A stretch of 55,960 nucleotides of DNA from Ionaspis alba (taxonomy: Eukaryota), in the NCBI GenBank assembly GCA_964255285.1, contig CAXUUL010000030.1:1-55960 (forward strand). Direction: 5' to 3'. Positions 47,173 to 55,960 of the stretch are shown in pieces. The position numbers and the translations under genes are program-made. Each line of letters opens with the position of its first letter. Position 1 is the stretch's first letter. The notes under the pieces were generated by a model. It saw only the letters and a list, made by a program, of their open reading frames with translations. It was not told the DNA's origin and did not search any database.

Positions 47173-50100
47173 ATGAAAAAACTTAGCAAGATTTTCCGGA
47201 AACCTCCGAAACAACAAACGCATGAAGAACAATATGGACTGTTTCCACTCATGGATGTAGTATCTGACAGCACTACCAACAATAATTACGAGGTCGATAT
47301 TGTCGCCATTCATGGACTCAATGGCGGTGCTCGGAAGACATGGACACACAAGAATGGCACTTTCTGGCTGCAAGAACTCCTCCCACAATCTATGCCTGGC
47401 GCAAGGATTTTCTCCTATGGGTATCCTTCTGAAGTATTCAATCAATCTGTGGCCGAGATTCGGGATTATGCTAAGCACCTGTTGAGCTCCCTGATGAATG
47501 CGCGACAAAGCGATGTGAGTGTTCTATAATTGTCGCGTTTTAAGTCCTTCTCATATATTATTTACAAGTTAAGGAACAACCACGTCCGATCATCTATGTT
47601 TGCCATAGCCTCGGAGGTATTGTGTTCAAACAAGTGTGTACAAAGCCGCCTAGAATCTAGAATCTTGTTACAGGAAACTCATGGACACAATAGGCAATGG
47701 TTATTGCACACAATTCGTCTCGTCGATTTCCGGAGATTGAACTATGGAGCAAAGGAGTGATATTCCTAGGCACTCCCCACCGAGGGAGTAGTTCTGCAAA
47801 TTGGGGGAAGCTTCTTGGGGATATTGGCAATGCTGCTTTCTACGCCTCAGGTAGTAGTGCGTTGGTCGGCAAATTCAAGACACCGCTACTTCAGAATCTG
47901 AGTCAAAACTCGGCCGAATTGCGCACTATTGCGGATTCTTTCACGGAACGAGGCAGTACGTTCTATATCGTCACATTCTACGAGACTGTTGCCACTCCTC
48001 CATTCAACAATCCTGTATGTTGTTTTCTTATAAATAGAACATATTCGACCTCTCGTAACCCGCTTATCTGACAATGGCTATTATTGATCTATGGATTGTG
48101 CTAAATTATTGTTAGATTGTTGGCGAAGACTCGGCTGTGATAGGATTTGCTCATGAAGAGTCCCTTCCATTGTACCTCAATCACCGGCAACTGTGCCAAT
48201 TCAAGGACAAGGATGATAAGAACTATGAGCAGGTCTCTTCAGCACTTAAACGTACTGCCAGAGCGATCTTGAACAACATGAATCGGCCGGCGTCCAGTCA
48301 AAACAGCGATAGATGTACGTAATTATTATCGATATTAATAAACCTCGAAACTAAATGTGCAAATAGCATTTAATGAAGCGGAAAAAGCTTGTATCGCCCT
48401 ATTGAACACAACAGACCTTGCAGAATTTGAGGCTGGCCTCAGCCCCCAAGCAGACGGAACACTACAATGGATCCTTAACGATCAGCAGTACACGAGCTGG
48501 GTTTCAAGCACGGAAGCTCGGCTTTTATGGGTTACCGGCTATCCTGGCTGTGGAAAAACCATTCTGGCATCTTATATTGTCCGTCATCTTGCGGAACGTT
48601 CCCAACCTGGAGTTATTACATGCCGTTTCTTCTGTGACAACAAAAGGGAGAAACATAGAGATGTCTGTGCTTTGTTACGAAGCTTAATTTATCAGATCAC
48701 AGCATGCCGCAGGGGGATGCTTAAACTGGTCAGAAGAGCCTGTGATTCTCAAGGCTTTCAGCTGTTCAATAGATTTGAAGCCCTTTGGAACCTGTTCTTA
48801 CAGATAGTACGCGACAAGAGAATTGGTTCGATCAATATCATCATTGACGCCATCGATGAGTGTGATCAGAACACACAGTTCACGATCATCGAGCGCATAG
48901 TTGAACTACTCAACGTCTGCGCTTCAACATCAGTCAAAGTTTGCATAACCAGTCGGCCAGTTAGAACTGTAACAGCCGCAATCCAGGGGTCTCAATCGCA
49001 GATTCTTCAGCTCCAACTTGAAGATATGCACGACGTCATTGGTCATGATGTGAATTTGGTGATTCGTCAGCGTATGAAAGAGCTAGTTCGAAAAGGCATA
49101 TGCAAGCCTTCCACCAGTGCTCATGTTGAGCAGGTTTTGGTTAGCAAGGCAGACCGGACGTTCCTTTGGGTGCATTTGGTACTTCCGCTTTTCGAGGGAC
49201 GTCGACTTCTACCTGATTCTGACGTAGAACGTCTCGCAGCAGAATTGCCGCCAGACCTTGCATCTGTCTACGAGAAGCTCCTCTACTCAATCCCCCTCGG
49301 TGACCGCATTCTAGCCGGGAAGATGTTGCGAGTTTTAGTGTCAAGTGCAAGGCCGTTGAACGGCACAGAACTGGGCATTCTCTTGTTCATTACCCCTGAG
49401 ACCCGCTCCACATCCTCGTTTGTGAAGGAAGAAATGTATGATCTTGAGGCAGCACAAACACTTTTAGGGCCATTAATCCGAGTGTCGGAGTCTCGCATCA
49501 GTCTTATTCACCAGTCTTTGAAAGAGTACCTTATCGATCTTTCCCACGATCAAGGAAATCCACTGGCCAGTGTATTTGGGGTGGATGTGCAACGTGATAC
49601 GCTTCTGCTCGCGTCTGCCTGCATGCAATACTTAGGGCTTGATGAATTCGACGAGAGTATTTTCTTATTGCACGAGTCCAGCGACGAGCTTTCCGTGTCT
49701 TCCAAAGAGCTAGAGTCAAACGATGAAACCTCCGTCATTTCTTTGAACTTGGGCAATGAACACATATTCAAGGAAGACTTCGTGATTGAATCAGAAACGT
49801 GCATCGCTACGGCCATTCGTTACGGGCTTTTCGATTATGCTGCGTTACATTGGGCTTCCCACTTTGCTCAAAGCAATATCATGGCTTCATTAGAGCAGCA
49901 CAAAGCTGCTATTGCCCTTTCAAGCTTTGGATCCAATCGCCTAACCAATTGGCTCCGCTACTTTTGGAGCATGAGCGATATATGCGAGCCATACCCTTCT
50001 GTGTTTGGCCCAGTAATAGTTGCGTCATTCTTTGGTCAGACTAAAACACTTCAAATACTCTTGGAGGATGAGCAATCTCAAGAAACCGAGACTCTCGAAC

Positions 50101-51218
50101 ATGCATTGTATTGGGCGGCTCGAGAGGGGCACGAAATTTGCACTCAAGTTTTGTGTGAGCAGAAAGATATCGATTCGAATGTCTGCTTGGTCAACAATCG
50201 GTCACCTCTAGCTATTGCAGCACAGCATGGCCATTTGAAGAGTGTGCAGAAACTGATAGAGTTCGATGGCACCGATGTCAATGTACGAGGCTACCACGGC
50301 AGAACGCCGCTTTCGCTTGCCGCCGCCAGCGGAAACACAGATATTGTTTCCATCCTCCTTGCCCATAAAAGGATTATACCTGATCTTGCAGATCGGGACA
50401 ATGAAACCCCTCTTTTCTGGGCACTAGGCGCAAATTCTTTGTCGGTCATATCTCAGCTACTCGCTGATGATCGGGTGAGCCCCAATCATCTCGACAAACG
50501 AGGTAGGAACATTTTATCCTGGGCTGCAGAAGATGGTTTAGTTGATCAGGTCATCCTTCTCCTCAAACACAAGCGGGTGGACGTGGCGAATAAGGATCTG
50601 AAAGGCCGCACGCCATTATCCTATGCAGCTCAGCACGGTCACTTGGACATTGTGAAACTGCTTACACGGAGTAAACGTGCTAGTGTGTCAGAGAGGGACA
50701 TCAACGGCCGCAATATTCTGTCTTGGGCTGCCTGTCAGAAAAATGCAGCCGTGCTGAGCTATCTTCTCAAGCACGACAGTACAGGGGCAGATGTCAGTGA
50801 TGACGACGGCTGGACTCCGCTTGCGTGGGCACTGGACCCGCCTGGATATCCAGACAACTTCTCTACTCTTGTACACTCTGGACTAGTTGATGTCAACCGG
50901 AAAGACCGAGTTCACGGCCGTGCCCCTTTGTCATGGGCTGCAAGCTATGGACATCTGCACATTGTTGATATACTGATCAATGCTGAAGGGATAGACCTAG
51001 ATACGAGAGATAATAGTGGCAGGACACCACTCTCGCATGCTGCAGGCAATGGGAACCTCGGCGTTGTGAGCAGATTGATTGCCACCAAAAAGGTGGACAA
51101 AGATTTTCAGGACTACAATGGCCGCACGCCTTCAAAGTGGGCTAGTCTCGAGCATCATGACGCAGTGGTGAAAGAATTGTCGTCACAGTCAGTTGTGGAG
51201 ATTGTCAATAAAGCGTGA
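47173..51218 (+). CDS. Fungal NLR-like protein: SesB-like alpha/beta hydrolase - NACHT - ankyrin repeats (~1257 aa)
   Basis: Exons 47173-47514, 47574-47633, 47694-48014, 48116-48314 and 48367-51218. Hydrolase motifs DIVAIHGLNG, CHSLGG, IFLGTPHRGS and NHRQLCQF. NACHT Walker A GYPGCGKT and Walker B IIIDAIDEC, plus FLWV and IHQSLKEYL. About 11 ankyrin repeats (GRTPLSxAA). Confidence 0.92.
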
Positions 51219-51472
51219 ATTTGGATCAGCAGAGCAATGAGAGACCATAAGCTCACGATTTTGGCAAGCTGGATATGTTCTGCCAGTGGGCTATATTACG
51301 ACCGTGACCATCTTTGGCAATGGCACGGCAAGCTGGATTGTATACATCAACGGAAAAAATTTGCTGGATTACTCGTGAAGTATCTAGAGGTAGAAACTAA
51401 GCCGAATCCGGTGGCGAGGCTGTTGCAACTCAATTCCAGCTCGTCTTGTTTCTGGTCCGCCGACTTTACGCT

Positions 51473-53081
51473 TTAGCTAGCTTTCTTCGTAGCATCCCTC
51501 TCGTTGTAAGGATGCTTGATCGACAGACACCAAATATCTAGATAATCGCATATCGTCGTGATAACATCATGCTGGGGAGTTATTAGCAAATCTAATTTAT
51601 AAAGGTATGCTCCATCTCAATGCCTTACCACAAAACTTCCGTAGACTCCGATCGCTAATCCAAGACAAGCAAACATAAAACCGATCTGATAAGTCCCATC
51701 TCCCAATACACTCGGCCACAGGCCAAGTCTCAAGCCAATACTGTCTACTACTGCTAAGGCCAGAGGTGCCGTCAAGATGTTCCAATATGGGAATTTAGGA
51801 CTCTTGGTAAGATGGGCGATGATGATCTGACCCACAGAGTAGGCATTGACAAGGCCGACGAAGAAAACAAATGGGATGAGGTGGAAGTGAAGAATGACCG
51901 GTTGCAGATAGAGGTACGATGCGACCAAGCCCCAGGTGGCAAAGCATGGAACCAGTCCAAGAAGAGGATTCTTCTGGTCCTTGGTGTGCGAAGCCGAGGA
52001 TTTCATGGAAGAAATGACGTTCATGGCGCTTGAAGGAGTGCCATCAGCTTCAGCTCTCGATCAAAAACGATAAGACATACCTTTGAACCGTGTTCATAAC
52101 TAGCACGACACCGCCATATACCATGTACCACTCGTTGAAGTGCAGCTCATAGATGTAGTCTGGAATCAGGCCATGCTTTGCAATGCCGAAGGTCTGGAGC
52201 ATCGATTGTTGCCAGAAGCTACCACCGCCCTTGATGGCGGTGATGGCGTACACAATGCAGAGGGTCAAGATGCCTTCCACAGGACCAGAAACGAGCCCGA
52301 GAGTCAGGGTCTGGGTATAATATTCGTCCCAGGTCTGGGTGTAGAAGGTGAGGGTAGCTGCAAGTGACATCAGCATGCATATCTTTTCCAATATTGCGGA
52401 GATTACACACCTCCAAAAAGTGTCAGGACAGTGTTCCAGCTTTGGCCGAGGTTCATAGCTGCCGCGAACAGTAGCACCTCTAGCACGGTATTGCAAGCGT
52501 CAACTCCTAAATACCTAGTTCAGCAACTTTTCTCAAGCATTCGCTTTGATATGTCTACCATGGTCGAAAAGCTCCCCTAGAGGTCCACTCTGATGTGTTC
52601 TCCGTCTACAAGTCTCGTCAACAGCTTTTTTTTGTCACACAATGTTCCCTAGCAACATACGCTTGTGTGCCATCCACTGCGTCAAAAGTCTGGTATAGAA
52701 ATAGGCCGATAGACCAAGTCGCATAAACCCATCTTGGCATATCCTGGTCAAGGGTTGGATTGTACCATAACAGGGTGAGGAAGTTGAGGACGACGAAGCT
52801 AAAGCCGGACAGTGTGATCTAGAAGTAGTTCAGAGACTGTTGTAATGCCTAGGTAATCGTTGTACACGTACGGCATTGGGGCTAATCGACGCCTCGTTAG
52901 CATATCGGCCGGCAGGAGGGAGCTTCCGTGATTGCACTTACGCCATCCATATAGGAAAGCACTTGATGACCACATTGGTATAGAATGGTTTGAGGACATA
53001 TCTCGAGACAAGAGAGTGATCAACTCCAGCGTATTTGTAGGGATGAAGACCAGCCAGGTCCTTTTGCCGTATGTAAACCAT
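51473..53081 (-). CDS. EPT1: Choline/ethanolamine phosphotransferase (CDP-alcohol phosphotransferase), intron-rich
   Basis: MVYIRQ..YKYAGVDHSLVSRYVLKPFY..WMA|PNA|ITLSGF..YQTFDAVDG..RRTHQSGPLGELFDHGVDACN..QTWDEY..SGPVEG..ICDYLDIWCLSIKHP. Includes a 10-nt microexon at 52881-52872. EPT1 versus CPT1 not resolved. Confidence 0.9.
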
Positions 53082-54267
53082 GTTGATACCCAATACAGCC
53101 ACTCAGCAAATTTTGGCCAAGTGCGCAATGGATATCGAGTGAATGAGGAAGTTGTTGACAATCTTCAACCTTCGAACCGAGAGTAAATCAGGGTTCGCGT
53201 AAAGCAGCCAAGAATGACGTACCATTTAAGGGACGCGTTAGCTTGGCTCTTCGAGACACGCTTCATGTTCATCTCTGCTGGTATCAACAGAGCATGCTCT
53301 TCTCAAGTCGCTTGACCTAGTCCTACAGTATCTGTTCTGCCTCTTTTACCTAGGCAGCGATTGTGATCCTTGATATTTCTGGTCATCGTGTACCTTAATA
53401 AAAAGAAATATACTCGTCAAGCTAGAGGGGAATTGCTCAAAGAAATATGATCTTGATATGACATGATATAGTCGAATAAGACATCCATGTTCTCCCTATA
53501 CATTCGTTCTTTACAGATCTTTCCTTGTTTCGTCGGGGCGAAGGAACCTTGTCGTTGTACTCTACCTTGTTTGCCTCACGCCTCGGGATTTCATCCCTCG
53601 GAAATTATATAACACTGGACATTTGAGACAGGTTGAACGGTTCTGACGAGAAACATAGATGACATGGATTCAGCATTCAATTTGAACTCCTGCACGTTGT
53701 CTCATTTCATTGACACCAGTATTGCCCAATGAGCTCATTCATCTCGCACTCAATCGTCTTAAAGGCTGCGACAAGTGGATCGATGCTACAGAAGAGGACA
53801 AGCTTTATAAATAGCTACGCACGGTGCGCAGAAAATATCTGGATACTTTCCCTGCGAGGATGAGTCAAAATGAATAGCCAGATGGTCTTGCGGAAGAGCA
53901 TCGAGAGGTTGTGGTCTTGGGCTGGGCGACCGGAAGGGGTATGCCAGTGCATTGATGTGCAGATGAACTGAAAGTACTGGAATATAGCTATGAGACTGAC
54001 AATTTTCTGGTGATGGTAGAGCGAAGCCATATGATTGATGCTGCGAGTGAGCCTGTGTACGAAAGCTGGACTCGAGAGTTAGGAAGCCAAGGGACCTTTG
54101 CAAGGAGAAGAATTTCCAGTAGAACGGAATTACTGGAGATCAGGATAGCGAGGACCGTCTCCCGTCAAAGCTCTTTCAACAGGATCTAAAGCTACTCTCG
54201 TCTGCCAGCGGTCCTCAATTCATGTCATTACCACCATTGCTATTATTTCCTAGCGACGTGAAGATAA

Positions 54268-55721
54268 TCACACTCTACCTGCCTTGAACTCCTCCGACAT
54301 CTGTGCAAATGTACACCACTCCACGCCTTCATGGCTATTGATCCAATTGATAAGTCTATTATGGAATGAGGCGGAAGCGGCCAGGAGTTAGCCATCTCGC
54401 TCTTCAGAGAGAGCTTTGGTGTCTGGGCTCTGAACAAAACGAACAGATAGCTCTCACCTCTCGTGCATCATCAGCAAATGCGGTCTCCCGCTGACCTGTG
54501 GATGAATACTCATGGGAAAGATGAACGAGTCGTATGACTTATAGCAGTATGTGAACGAATCTTGCCATTGGCGTTCAATGTTGTATGGATCTACGTAACC
54601 TTGCTGTGTTGCAAAGGTGGTTTTCAGCACACCTGGGAATGATGAAGCAGAACAGGATGGAACAGACCCAAGGTTTGGAGGAAAGTGCTGGAAGAAAGTC
54701 AATGAAGAATTTCCGAGACTTACAGAGTCTGGCCTCAAGGGGTCGGGGTTGAAGGGTGGCCAGTCATCTAAGTTCCAAGAAGCTAAATGAATCAAAGTTT
54801 AAGCAGGATCTTGTGGTGAAATAGCCGCATAGACTGAGAGTCAAAAAGGCCCTACCTGGAATTTCAACCACAGAAGACTTTGCCGCAGCTTTCATTGGCA
54901 CCATCCAAGTCTCGGGGTCCTTGGAGTAGTCCGTGGTGACAACCCCTTCCGTTCCATATGGAGCATAGTACGGGTGGAAGTCATCATGCATGAGAGAGTG
55001 ATCTGCACGATACTAGTCTCCAAAGTTCACCTACTTTTGGAGGTGCTCACCATAGACGATTCCATGTTCCTCAAGCAGTGATATCTGGTCAGGGTGGTTC
55101 TTCCATGCCGGAGCCGTGAAGCCTTTCGGTTTCGTTCCTGTGAGTTCTGTGATCAAAGCGATCGTCTTGGTAAGGACTCTCGAGAGTTGAATCTTGGTAA
55201 GCTCGCTTGTATACCTAAGTGTCTGCCGTTGGCGAAGAACCGATAACAAGCAAGACCAAGAAAGAATGGTCCATACTCATGTGTATAGCCGTGTAGACCG
55301 CTTCCAACAAATTTAGCCAGAAGCCATAGAGCTCGTTGAGCACAACCGACATATCGTGTCCTGCATCCCTGATTGCCTTGACCTCCTCTGGAAAAGATTC
55401 GATCGTGTGTCCAGGAATGAACCTAGATAACAAAGGAATCAACATAGCCCTGTAAGCCTAACCGAGTAACCAACGTGCGAACCTTACCAAGAGCATTTGA
55501 TTTCCTTCTCATTCCATAGTCGCAGAAGTCGTTTAACCCCTACAGTTGCTCCAAACACACCTGTTGATACTCAGATAGTATTCACAAGAGTGGGATAGGA
55601 GGCGTGACTCGCCGCGAGAGACAGCTGTAAAATCTGGTGGACTGCCATTCGTCGTATTGATGTGGCCGCTCACCGCGTCAACGTCAATGCCGTAGCCTAC
55701 GAGGACTCGTCTGGTGGGCAT
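54268..55721 (-). CDS. CE4/NodB polysaccharide deacetylase, HpPgdA/PuuE-like subgroup
   Basis: Multi-exon: VLVGYGIDVDAVSG..SRG|VFGATVGVKRLL..W|FIPGHTIESFP..|GLHGYTHE|..PKGFTAPAW..Y|DHSLMHDDFHPYY..WNLDDWPP..IHPQVSGRPH..LINWINSHEGVEW. Confidence 0.88.
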
Positions 55722-55960
55722 CGCTGGGTAGAAGAATCAAGGAGTCGATAGCTGATCAAGTGTTGTTTTCGGTAGGGTAATCAGCTGCGGGAAATTTGGA
55801 TGACAGGATTTTGTCATCCCGTATCATCCCATCAAAATCTTCGGCTGGTGTCAGAGGTTCGGATAACACGGGCTGACAGGATCCTGTCATCCTATCAGGA
55901 TCCTTGGCTGATGTCAGGGCTACCCCGCGCCTCGACATCCATTTGATATCATCAGACAAT

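Noticed and set aside
47173..47300. N-terminal amyloid signalling motif on the NLR
   Set aside because: No HRAM, PP or sigma-like pattern is recognisable, and there is no adjacent HeLo/HeLL effector gene.
50100..51180. Ankyrin repeats with high internal nucleotide identity (concerted evolution as in HNWD NLRs)
   Set aside because: The repeat units are clearly diverged at both DNA and protein level; only the GRTPLSxAA core is shared.
55756..55960. Minus-strand ORF fragment at the window edge
   Set aside because: It is only 67 aa, has no motif, and ends 35 bp before the deacetylase ATG. It cannot be supported as a gene without flanking sequence.
1..55960. tRNA, rRNA, CRISPR arrays, transposons or RIP-degraded AT-rich tracts
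   Set aside because: None was recognised by eye. A covariance-model and repeat-library scan would be needed to exclude small ncRNAs.

Overview
Intron-containing, gene-dense DNA from a filamentous ascomycete (Pezizomycotina), judged by short GT..AG introns with CTRAC-type branch points. It is a draft scaffold with five 100-N gaps. I reconstructed about 25 genes by joining ORF fragments across introns. Most are housekeeping genes: MacroD, tartrate dehydrogenase, YVC1, SPF1, GLN4, SUI2, an MME1-like carrier, LAT1, SEC7, phospholipase D, SUR7, MET1, a SPOUT methyltransferase, DERA, LIP5, FSH1, EPT1/CPT1 and a CE4 deacetylase. The standout is a two-gene head-to-head unit at 45.9-51.2 kb. One gene is an intact 5-exon, ~200-aa protein resembling only the eEF1A G-domain, with both switch regions lost. 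It sits 438 bp from a divergently transcribed fungal NLR (SesB-like hydrolase-NACHT-ankyrin). I propose, as inference, a decoy/guard immune pair. Also notable are a small Cys-type SelK-like gene, a 40-nt convergent CDS overlap, and CpcA/Gcn4 sites plus a uORF upstream of GLN4. No rRNA, tRNA, CRISPR or transposon was recognised. All family assignments come from motif recognition by eye, not database searches.
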